Origin: Pseudomonadota bacterium | Lineage (GTDB): Bacteria; Pseudomonadota; Gammaproteobacteria; Ga0077536 | Length of the DNA stretch: 41,995 nt | Assembly: GCA_031371245.1 (NCBI GenBank) | Contig: JANMJF010000603.1 | Span: 1 to 41,995 of the forward strand | Direction: 5' to 3' | Part shown: one piece after another, positions 24,230 through 32,478 of the stretch | How the letters are laid out: each line of letters begins with the position of its first letter | How positions within the stretch are numbered: the first letter of the stretch is position 1 | The notes under the pieces: generated by a model | Databases searched by the model: none | What the model was told of the DNA's origin: nothing | The model's input: the letters and a program-made list of their open reading frames with translations, nothing else | Translations under genes and position numbers: made by a program

Positions 24230-26377
24230 TCATTGAAAATTTTGACCGATCGCGAGCGCCTCGCGCGGGTCAAAGACATGGACACGATTGCGTCCGAGTT
24301 TTTTGGCCATATAGCAGGCGGCATCCGCGTCGCACAGTACGGTGGCTAGACTGTCCACATTGGTACCGATCATGAGCAGTCCAACACTCACCCCAATACT
24401 GAAATGACCGGTGTGCCAGGGAAAGCGAAAATTCGCCAGCCGCTCGCGGATCGCTTGGGCGACTCTCTCGGCCTGCTGCAAATTGCAATACTCCATCAGG
24501 ATTGCAAATTCGTCACCACCAAACCTGGCCACGGTATCACGGCGGCGTAGCTCTGCCTTCAGCAGGACGGCAACCTGACGCAGTAATTCGTCGCCGCCGG
24601 CGTGACCACAAGTGTCATTGACGGCCTTAAAGCGATCGAGATCCAGAAAGAGCATGGCGTGCGCATCGGGTTCGTTGAGCGGTTGCGCAATCACCCGTGC
24701 CAGCCGCCGCTCGAACTCGTAACGATTCACCAAGCCCGTCAAAGCATCATGGCTGGCACGATGCAGGATAATTTCTGCTTGTTGCCGCTTTTCGGTGACG
24801 TCTCGGATCAACAATACGACACCGTAGGTGCGATCGGTGGCACTACGGATCTTGCGCGCGGTGAATTCGACGGCGAGTTCTGCGTGAGAACCCAGGCGCA
24901 GCAAGCCTTCGCCGCCAGTGTAATCGCAGTTGACGGCCAGGCACTGCCTCACCGGCGACTCCATAACTTCGTGCAGGCCATGACTGCGGATCTCGAAGAC
25001 CTCGTCGAACGAGCGACCCAAGACCGCATTCGCCGCGATGCCGAGGAAATTCTCAGCGGCCTGATTCACGAACTCGATCTTTCCTGCGGCATCAGTCGTT
25101 ACCACTGGCTCGCCGAGCGAACTCAAGGTGGTCTGGAGCTTATCCTGTTCGTCATGCAATGCGATCTGCGCCAGCTTCAGTTCGTGGACGTCGTAGAGCG
25201 AGCCCGAGAGGCGAATAACGCGCCCATTTTCCACCCGCTGCGACATCGCCCGGCTGCGAAACCAGCGGACTTCTCCATCGTGCGTGGTCATTCGGAATTC
25301 GACGTCGAGCGGGATTTTTTCGCTGAGATTGGCAGCGATCGCCGCTTCCACCCGCACTTTGTCTTCCACGTGTAGCAGGGCGGCCAGGCTGCGTTGAGTG
25401 GAGGCGAGGGCTTCGAGTTTGTTCCGACCTAACAAGGCTTTGAAGTTGTCCGAATACCACATGCGGTCCGAGTCCAAGTCCCATTCCCACAGGCCGTTGG
25501 TAGAACCCGCTTCCGCCCGCCGATAACGTTCCTGCAGCGCGGAAATTTCCGCAGCGGCTTCCTTGGCGGCGTGGATATCCTGTAATGATCCCGACATACG
25601 CACGACCGTGCCGGTGCGGCTAATCTCGGCACGACCGCGACACCAGCGATAGCCACCATCCTTACGACGAATGCGAAGCTCGCTGTCGTAGGGCGTGGTA
25701 GTCGTGATCGCGTATTGCAGGCGTTGTTTCACTCCAGGGGCATCCTGCGGATGCACCAGTGCAATGAAGTTCTCTAAATTGGGCTCGACATCGCCCGGCT
25801 CGTAGCCACAGATGGCGTAGCAACGCGATGACCACCACATGACTGGACGGTTGACGTCTGGCCAGTCCCATACGCCGTCGGAAGAACCATCAACCGCCAG
25901 GCGCAATCGTTCGGCAGTGACAGACTGCTCGGCAAGTCCGTGGCGATGGCGTGTGATGTCGGTGCCGGTCACGACGAGTGCGGTGACCTCGTCCGCTCCC
26001 GGGGCCGACCAAGGCACGGCGTGGATGCGAACCCAGCCGCAGCTATCGTTGGCGCGCTGTGCACGACATTCGTGGGTTGTTGGCTGCCGCTCGCGCACAC
26101 ATTCACGCAGGGCGCTGAAACAGGCATCACGGTCGGCGGGATGCAGGATCACCGACCAGCCCATGTCAAGGGACGCGGCAGCATCGATACCGCCATAGCG
26201 TAAACACGTCCGATTTACGTACAACGCGGTCAAATCGGGCCGCAACACCCAGATAGCCGCAGGTGAGGTTTCGACGATCTCAAAAAACGGCGCAGCACTG
26301 CCGAACACCTGGCTGAGCGTCGCGAAAGTCGGCGCGGGATGCGGCGCCGTGGTGTCTAACGTGGAGCCATGGGTCAC
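24230..26377 (-). CDS. multi-PAS/PAC diguanylate cyclase (GGDEF)
   Basis: Repeated PAS/PAC units (...WVLRPD..., ...DGVWDWPD..., ...NGLWEWDL..., ...EPVVTTDAAGKIEFVN...). C-terminal GGDEF domain with I-site (RRRD-x5-GGDEFAIL). The start is uncertain: GTG 26377 (MTHGSTLDTT...) or the longest ORF start at 26476. Confidence 0.9.
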   Translation of the reverse strand: MTHGSTLDTTAPHPAPTFATLSQVFGSAAPFFEIVETSPAAIWVLRPDLTALYVNRTCLRYGGIDAAASLDMGWSVILHPADRDACFSALRECVRERQPTTHECRAQRANDSCGWVRIHAVPWSAPGADEVTALVVTGTDITRHRHGLAEQSVTAERLRLAVDGSSDGVWDWPDVNRPVMWWSSRCYAICGYEPGDVEPNLENFIALVHPQDAPGVKQRLQYAITTTTPYDSELRIRRKDGGYRWCRGRAEISRTGTVVRMSGSLQDIHAAKEAAAEISALQERYRRAEAGSTNGLWEWDLDSDRMWYSDNFKALLGRNKLEALASTQRSLAALLHVEDKVRVEAAIAANLSEKIPLDVEFRMTTHDGEVRWFRSRAMSQRVENGRVIRLSGSLYDVHELKLAQIALHDEQDKLQTTLSSLGEPVVTTDAAGKIEFVNQAAENFLGIAANAVLGRSFDEVFEIRSHGLHEVMESPVRQCLAVNCDYTGGEGLLRLGSHAELAVEFTARKIRSATDRTYGVVLLIRDVTEKRQQAEIILHRASHDALTGLVNRYEFERRLARVIAQPLNEPDAHAMLFLDLDRFKAVNDTCGHAGGDELLRQVAVLLKAELRRRDTVARFGGDEFAILMEYCNLQQAERVAQAIRERLANFRFPWHTGHFSIGVSVGLLMIGTNVDSLATVLCDADAACYMAKKLGRNRVHVFDPREALAIGQNFQ

Positions 26378-26774
26378 TAATGTTTTCCAGGTATTCGATA
26401 TTCCAGCGGGCCGTCGTCGAGGCACAGCACTATAGCGGTCGGCGTGCGCGCATGTTGAGGCGCAATGTGAGCACACGCCGGGCAGTACTGGCAGTCAGGT
26501 TGGGTGCAAGCCAGTAGGCCGCGACGGAACATCGGCAAGCGCCGTGGCGACAGTATCGGTGATGCGTCCCGCTTGAGCCACCCAGGCTGCGTCACTGGCA
26601 CAGCGGGCCACGATTGTCGCGTGCAGAATTCCGGTATTGTTGAATAATTGGCTCACCGCTGACCCCATCACCGTCCAGGCGACTGCAACCGAAGGGTGTC
26701 ATGGACGCCGACATCCTCGACCTGCAGCAGCGTGAGCAGCGGCTATTCGATGGCACTAGGAGCAGCAAAAAACG

Positions 26775-27416
26775 ATGTCTCCGCGACGAAACAGAGTCGA
26801 TCCCTGGGGGGATTTCCATGCGGTGGCGGCCAGAGGCATGTTCACCGGCAATCGCGGCTGCGTGGTCGATGATCGTGAACAAGTCGTGCGTCATCACGCC
26901 AGCATATTGTGGATTACCTGCCTCACTGCGTTTCGTGATTGGCGATGGCCGCTGGCGCGCGCGCGGCGCTGGACGCCTTTGTTCTTCCTTGACGACGCGG
27001 TCGCTTTAGCCGCCGGGCATCGACCTTGCGCAACTTGTCGGCGCGCCGACTATCTTGCGTATCGGGATGCAGTGACTCGCGCCACGTCAGCGCCACGGCC
27101 GCTCCGCGCGTTCGAATTGAACGAGCGCTTGAACAAGGAACGACTGCACTTAGGGCGCGGGCTGGTGCGGGCGGGCGATCGCATGGTGTGGTCCACACCC
27201 TGTGCGGACCTGCCCGACGGTACGGTAGTCGTCAATCGCGAAGGGGTGTGCGAGCTCGTGCGTGGTAGTTCGTTGCTGCGCTTCGCCTTTGATGGCTGGA
27301 CTACACGAAGGCCAAGGCCGGTGCATGGCGTGGCGTCTGTATTGACACCACCGACCTCGGTGATGGCATTGGCCAACGGCTACCAGCCGACACTGCATCC
27401 GAGCGCACTCGCGTAA
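26775..27416 (+). CDS. conserved hypothetical protein with Ada-like Cys motif
   Basis: AGGAGC lies about 10 nt upstream of ATG. The product reads MSPRRNRVDPWGDFHAVAARGMFTGNRGCVV...WITCLTAF...LFFLDDAVALAAGHRPCATCRR... I do not know the function (see findings). Confidence 0.7.
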   Translation: MSPRRNRVDPWGDFHAVAARGMFTGNRGCVVDDREQVVRHHASILWITCLTAFRDWRWPLARARRWTPLFFLDDAVALAAGHRPCATCRRADYLAYRDAVTRATSAPRPLRAFELNERLNKERLHLGRGLVRAGDRMVWSTPCADLPDGTVVVNREGVCELVRGSSLLRFAFDGWTTRRPRPVHGVASVLTPPTSVMALANGYQPTLHPSALA

Positions 27417-27444
27417 CTTCACCGTGCTGCCGCGGTCACTGGTC

Positions 27445-27565
27445 CTGTTCAGACACGGCTATGTCGGATCGTTATCCGATCGCACTGCCCCTGCTACAGT
27501 ACCGCCCGATACGACGGGCCGCTCGTTGCGAAGAGTAACAACTGTCGCGGTGTATCAGGAGAGAA
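27445..27565 (+). repeat. imperfect direct repeat, copy A (left boundary of the low-GC cassette)
   Basis: Colinear identical blocks shared with copy B: TATCCGATC 27473-27481, TGCCCCTGCTACAGT 27486-27500, GGCCGCTCG 27517-27525, AGTAACAACTGT 27534-27545, TCAGGAGA 27555-27562. Internal hairpin potential between 27491-27500 and 27541-27550. Confidence 0.7.
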
Positions 27566-27877
27566 ACGAGGTGGTGGCGCTTCATGGCAGGCCGCGCCCG
27601 CCGCCATCGCGTAGTAAGCACGGACACGTCCGTCCTGACCAGTCACGACAAAGCTAATGATGCTCTGACATAACGCGGTACGGCAGCAAGTTATGGGCAG
27701 GCAGTGCGCGCGCTGGTTTATCTGGCGCAAGGTTACGCGCTGACTTCCAGCCGTAAAGAGTCCGATGGCGCATTGCGCGATCACCGACTGCCACCTGAAT
27801 ACTCTAGATGATCGATCCTTTGGAACGCCTATTTGGGTATTGCGAAGTGGACGAATGCCGTTTGCAAAGGGTGGGCA

Positions 27878-30715
27878 ATGATATTGCGTTATGACATTCA
27901 GGGATTCAGGGCGCTCGCAGTGTTTTTTGTGCTTGTCTACCACGTGTGGCCTGCTTGGTTGCCAGGTGGTTTCATAGGTGTTGATGTTTTTTTTGTTATT
28001 TCCGGCTATCTCATTACGGCGCTTCTGAGGCGTGAACTAGCGGCGACGGGCAGCATTTCTTTCTCGAATTTCTACGCGCGCCGTGCGCGGCGTTTGCTGC
28101 CTGCGTCTCTGTTGGTGCTGGGTGTGGTGTTACTGGCGGTTTTCCTGCTTCAGCCCACCCTGTTGTGGAGAAGTGTCGCTGGTGATGTGATTGCCGCCGT
28201 GCTGTACGGCGAAAACTGGTGGCTGCACTTCAAGGCGTTGGATTATCTCGCTGGAGGTGACCTTAGCAGCCCTGTACAGCATTACTGGTCGCTTTCGATC
28301 GAAGAGCAGTTCTATTTCCTGTGGCCGGTGTTGATGCTGGCCGTCTATTCCACGGCTCGACATTGCTGGCGAGGCGATCCTCTCGCAATGTTACGTTGGA
28401 CGCTGCTGCTTATCGTTCTCCTGTCGCTGGGTTTCTCGATCTGGACCGCGCTATACGGTGAATCTGGCGCAGGCTATTTCTCGACGTGGACTCGAGCCTG
28501 GCAACTTGGGGCTGGCAGTTTGCTTGCTCTTGCCGAAGGTGGCCAGCAGCGTGCGGGAAAATGGATGTTGCACGTGGGCCTCGTCGGTATGGCGCTCTCG
28601 GCCAGTGCGCTGACGGCAGCGGTAGCATACCCGGGCTGGTGGGCCTTGGGTCCCACCGTTTCAACCGTGCTCTGTCTTGCGGCTGGCCGACATTACAGCG
28701 ATTCGGTGTTCACCCGCTGGATGGAAGCTCGCCCCGTGCAATTGGTGGGCGATGTGTCTTATTCGCTCTATCTCTGGCACTGGCCGATCGTGGTGTTTGG
28801 ACGGCAGCTCTGTCCAGACGGGTACGGAGCGCTTTCCGGTTCTATTGTGGTATCGCTGTCGTTGGCGATCGCAGTGCTCAGCAAGCGCTGGGTGGAGGAT
28901 CTGTTCCGTCACAATCGCGTGCATGCCCAGCGGCCCTGGATGGTGCTCAATTGGGTCGCATTGGGCTCGCTGTTCGTTGCCGGGTTGGCTGGGCTGCTGA
29001 CGTGGTCGGCGCAGGACAAGTCCGATGGCGGGCCGGCAAATTTCCCCGGCGCGGTTGCGATTTCCTTAGGCTACCTTGAAGACGGCAAAGGTGCGTTTAC
29101 ACCATCGTTAATAAACGTAGAAGGGGACGTGGCCGCCGCCTATAACCAGGGCTGCATACAGCAGGTAGAAAGCGCCGAGGTACTGCGTTGCACTTACGGA
29201 ACGGATGATGCCGCAGTCAAGATTGCGCTGGTTGGCGATTCCCACGCGGTGCACTGGTTGCCGGCGTTCGAGGAGTTGGTGCGGAAATACGATCTACAAG
29301 TGCTTGGAATCACAAAGACCAGTTGTGCATTTTCCGACGTGGCCGTTTATCACGCCGGTCTCAAACGAGAGTACGCGGCTTGCGTCGCGTGGAGCAAAGC
29401 GGTGGTCGCTGAACTTTCACGAAGTAACATAAATTATGTGGTAGTCAGCCAGTCTGCCCAGCAAATTGTTCCATCTCATCTTGGCGATCCGCAGGCAGCA
29501 GTGGCACCGCTTGCAGTCGGCATGCTCCATCTTTGGCGGCAGTTGGAAGCGGCGGGTAAAACCGTCATTCCGATTCGTTCAACGCCAACGCAACCCACGG
29601 TTGTACCCCGCTGCGCTGCCAGCCATCAATGGCCATTCTCAGAGTGTACCGGAACGCAGGGCGAGGTTCTTTTTGACAGTGCGATCTCGTATGCCGCTCG
29701 CCAGGCTGGCAAGGTACCGCTGGATCTGACGAAGTATTTCTGTGTGTCGGGTCAGTGCCCGGCCGTCATTGGCGGCGTGTTTGTCTATCGAGATTCCCAC
29801 CACATCACAGCAACCTACATGCGAACGCTTGCTCCGATGCTGTTGCGGCACTTGTCGATCAAGGGGATCAAGCCGAGGGCCCATGTAATTGACAGCGTGC
29901 CGCTACCAGACGTTGGCGATGTGGCGCTACTGCGCCCGTCACTACGCAAGGCAAAGTATGACCGCGGCGAGGGCTTCGCTGACAAATGTATTCGCATTTC
30001 AGGAGCGACTGTTGCTGAGTGTGACTATGGGCCGGCAACCGCACTGAGGCACGTTGTAGTGGTAGGAGATAGCATGGCTGCAAATCTGTTGCCGGCCTTG
30101 GTCGCAGTCGGCGCTAGCAAAGGCTGGAAGGTAACGGCGATGGTGAAGGACAGCTGCCTGTTCTCCCAAACGGCGGTCTACAACCGGCTTGCTGGGGGCG
30201 CTTTTGAAGATTGCCGGGCGTGGTCATTGGCAGTTCGTCAGCGCTTGAGCGAGATCCACCCCGATGCGGTGCTGGTTGCCCAGTCACCGAATTATCGCGT
30301 CGATGTCAATACATCGTTGGGCGCCAGCGAGGAGGTGCTGGCTGTGGGTGTGCTCGCCATGTGGAACGCGCTTGAGACGCTGAAGATTCCGGTCGTGGTG
30401 ATGGATTATCTGCCGGTGATGAAAGGAGATGTTCCAGCTTGCCTGGCCGACGAATCCTCGCGTAAAGCCGGTTGTTTCGGGTATACGTCCGGGAGCCTGC
30501 GTAAGGGGGTGTTGACGCTTGCAGCCGAACAAAGTGGCAGGAAGTTGGTGAGTCTTACTGACCAGTTCTGTAATCGGCAGTATTGCCCGGCGGTCAAAGA
30601 TGGGATCGTTGTGTATCGAGATTCCATGCAGCCAACGGCAACTTTTATGCGCAGTCTGGCCGCCGTCCTCGGCCTGCGACTGCAAGATGCGGTTGTCAGT
30701 CTTGCTGAACATTGA
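27878..30715 (+). CDS. acyltransferase-3 (OafA/YrhL-type) membrane O-acyltransferase with two tandem C-terminal SGNH domains
   Basis: ATG 27878 gives MILRYDIQGFRALAVFFVLVYHVWPAWLPGGFIGVDVFFVISGYLIT (AT3 signature) plus multiple TM helices. SGNH-1: KIALVGDSHAVHW ... VYRDSHHIT. SGNH-2: VVVVGDSMAANLL ... VYRDSMQPT. 945 aa. GC is visibly lower than the flanks. Confidence 0.9.
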   Translation: MILRYDIQGFRALAVFFVLVYHVWPAWLPGGFIGVDVFFVISGYLITALLRRELAATGSISFSNFYARRARRLLPASLLVLGVVLLAVFLLQPTLLWRSVAGDVIAAVLYGENWWLHFKALDYLAGGDLSSPVQHYWSLSIEEQFYFLWPVLMLAVYSTARHCWRGDPLAMLRWTLLLIVLLSLGFSIWTALYGESGAGYFSTWTRAWQLGAGSLLALAEGGQQRAGKWMLHVGLVGMALSASALTAAVAYPGWWALGPTVSTVLCLAAGRHYSDSVFTRWMEARPVQLVGDVSYSLYLWHWPIVVFGRQLCPDGYGALSGSIVVSLSLAIAVLSKRWVEDLFRHNRVHAQRPWMVLNWVALGSLFVAGLAGLLTWSAQDKSDGGPANFPGAVAISLGYLEDGKGAFTPSLINVEGDVAAAYNQGCIQQVESAEVLRCTYGTDDAAVKIALVGDSHAVHWLPAFEELVRKYDLQVLGITKTSCAFSDVAVYHAGLKREYAACVAWSKAVVAELSRSNINYVVVSQSAQQIVPSHLGDPQAAVAPLAVGMLHLWRQLEAAGKTVIPIRSTPTQPTVVPRCAASHQWPFSECTGTQGEVLFDSAISYAARQAGKVPLDLTKYFCVSGQCPAVIGGVFVYRDSHHITATYMRTLAPMLLRHLSIKGIKPRAHVIDSVPLPDVGDVALLRPSLRKAKYDRGEGFADKCIRISGATVAECDYGPATALRHVVVVGDSMAANLLPALVAVGASKGWKVTAMVKDSCLFSQTAVYNRLAGGAFEDCRAWSLAVRQRLSEIHPDAVLVAQSPNYRVDVNTSLGASEEVLAVGVLAMWNALETLKIPVVVMDYLPVMKGDVPACLADESSRKAGCFGYTSGSLRKGVLTLAAEQSGRKLVSLTDQFCNRQYCPAVKDGIVVYRDSMQPTATFMRSLAAVLGLRLQDAVVSLAEH

Positions 30716-30901
30716 TACCGAGCAGCTTTTCCTTGCCGCTGAATCGATACTTCAAACGCCACCATTTTCCGGCCGGTGTCACCCCCAGGAACAACCCGCC
30801 ACTGCCGCATAGCTGCAAAGGTTTTGCGTCTACATTTGAGTGGAGTTAGTAAGTTTATAAAGAAATTGTAATTTAACTAATTTCAGTATGATTTTCTGAC
30901 C

Positions 30902-32092
30902 ATGGATCCGATACACAATCCCTTCGCTCCAGGAGCCGGCATGCCGCCTCCCGAACTAGCAGGCCGCGACGAACTCCGCGAACTTGTGCGTGTCGCCATC
31001 GAAAGAGTAAGGCTGGGACTCCCACCGAAAAGCATCTTAATGGTCGGGCTCCGAGGCGTGGGCAAAACAGTGTTGCTCGACCGCATGCGTGATGATGCCG
31101 AGGCTAGCGGCATCCAGACCGTGCGCATCGAAGCACCAGAAAGCCGCTCCCTGCCTGCGATCCTGGCGCCGCAGTTGCGGCAAGCCCTGTTGCGTTTGTC
31201 TCGCAATGAGCAGGCAAAAGAGCTGGCCAAGCGCGCGCTCCGCGGACTGGCCGGTTTCGCGCGCGCGCTCAAGATTAAATATCAAGACATTGAGGTGGGT
31301 ATCGACTTCGAACCTGAACCAGGGCTCGCCGACAACGGCGACCTGGAGCACGACCTGCAGGCATTGCTGGAAGTAGTCGGCGCTGCGGCGCAGAAAGCGG
31401 GTAGCGCACTGGTCCTGTTCATTGATGAACTTCAGTACGTCGAGGAGGAGCAACTGGCAGCCCTCATCACTGCTTTGCATCGAACGGCACAACGGCGTAT
31501 GCCGGTCGTTTTAGTGGGGGCGGGTCTGCCACAACTGAGAGGACAGATGGGGCGTGCGAAGTCCTACGCCGAGCGCCTATTCGATTTTCCAGAGATTGCG
31601 GCGCTGCCGGCGTCGGCAGCGCGGATTGCCATAGCAAAGCCAGCGCGCGAGCAAGGTGTGGAAGTGCTCGAAGAAGCCCTCGAGAAAATCTTGGAGCAGA
31701 CGCACGGATACCCATATTTCCTGCAGGAATGGGGCAAGCACGCATGGGACGTCGCAGTAGAATCGCCGATTACTCGTAACGATGTGGAAGTGGCCTCGAC
31801 GGCTGCGGTGGCAGCTCTCGATGAGAGCTTTTTTCGCGTACGCTTTGACCGTCTTACACCCTCGGAGAAGAAGTATCTTCGGGCGATGGCGGAACTCGGC
31901 GCAGGTCCCCATCGATCGGGTGATATCGCGGAAAAATTAGAGCGCAAAGTGACGTCGCTCGGCCCGACGCGCAATCAGCTCATTTCGAAGGGCATGATCT
32001 GGAGCCCAAATCACGGCGATACCGCTTTCACGGTGCCGCTGTTCGACGAATTCATGCGCCGAATCATGCCTGGCAACGACTGGAAGTTGTGA
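30902..32092 (+). CDS. AAA+/ORC-Cdc6-like ATP-binding protein with C-terminal winged-helix domain
   Basis: NPFAPGAGMPPPELAGRDEL...; Walker A GLRGVGKTVLL; Walker B LVLFIDELQ; ...THGYPYFLQEWG...; C-terminal wHTH-like LTPSEKKYLRAMAELGAGPHRSGDIAEKL. Preceded by a strongly AT-rich spacer (30830-30900). Confidence 0.85.
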   Translation: MDPIHNPFAPGAGMPPPELAGRDELRELVRVAIERVRLGLPPKSILMVGLRGVGKTVLLDRMRDDAEASGIQTVRIEAPESRSLPAILAPQLRQALLRLSRNEQAKELAKRALRGLAGFARALKIKYQDIEVGIDFEPEPGLADNGDLEHDLQALLEVVGAAAQKAGSALVLFIDELQYVEEEQLAALITALHRTAQRRMPVVLVGAGLPQLRGQMGRAKSYAERLFDFPEIAALPASAARIAIAKPAREQGVEVLEEALEKILEQTHGYPYFLQEWGKHAWDVAVESPITRNDVEVASTAAVAALDESFFRVRFDRLTPSEKKYLRAMAELGAGPHRSGDIAEKLERKVTSLGPTRNQLISKGMIWSPNHGDTAFTVPLFDEFMRRIMPGNDWKL

Positions 32093-32204
32093 GCCCCGTT
32101 AGTCCGAGCCTCTAATTCAGCCCCAAATGAAATGCGTGGTCGCGTTTCTGCAGCTGACTGATTGTGGCCCACCGAGCGTGGTATTCGCTTGACGCTGCCT
32201 CGCT

Positions 32205-32335
32205 GCGGTTCGACAGAGCAGCATCGCTATCCGATCTTAATGCCCCTGCTACAGTTCACCTCGTGCAGAGGCCGCTCGATGGAAAAAGTAACAACTGTAG
32301 CAACTGTAGCAGTCCCATTAGATTCAGGAGAAGAC
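32205..32335 (+). repeat. imperfect direct repeat, copy B (right boundary of the low-GC cassette)
   Basis: The same five blocks in the same order: 32228-32236, 32241-32255, 32270-32278, 32287-32298, 32324-32331. Contains a tandem AACTGTAGC x2. CTGCTACAGTT (32246-32256) is the exact reverse complement of AACTGTAGCAG (32302-32312). Confidence 0.7.
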
Positions 32336-32478
32336 GTGACCCTTGCGTAGACCAGGCCCTGCACTGCCACTGACAAGGTCGAGAGGGCAGAGCAGGCGAC
32401 CAGCGCCATCGGCGCCTGCAAAAAGGGTCCGCGCCTGTCTGACCGCGTCGCCCGCACGGCGTCCAGGCCTTGTGTTCG

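Noticed and set aside
30830-30900. Specific sigma-70 promoter hexamers in the AT-rich spacer (for example TTGTAA-15 nt-TATGAT).
   Set aside because: The spacing is suboptimal and several equally plausible hexamer pairs exist in such AT-rich DNA. I cannot support a specific -35/-10 call without transcription start site data.
27445-32335. Idea that the bracketing repeats are integron attC sites or IS/MITE ends.
   Set aside because: No intI-type integrase or attI is in the window, and I see no clear GTTRRRY/RYYYAAC core pair. The repeats are direct, not inverted, and no transposase is present. I therefore report them only as unexplained direct repeats.
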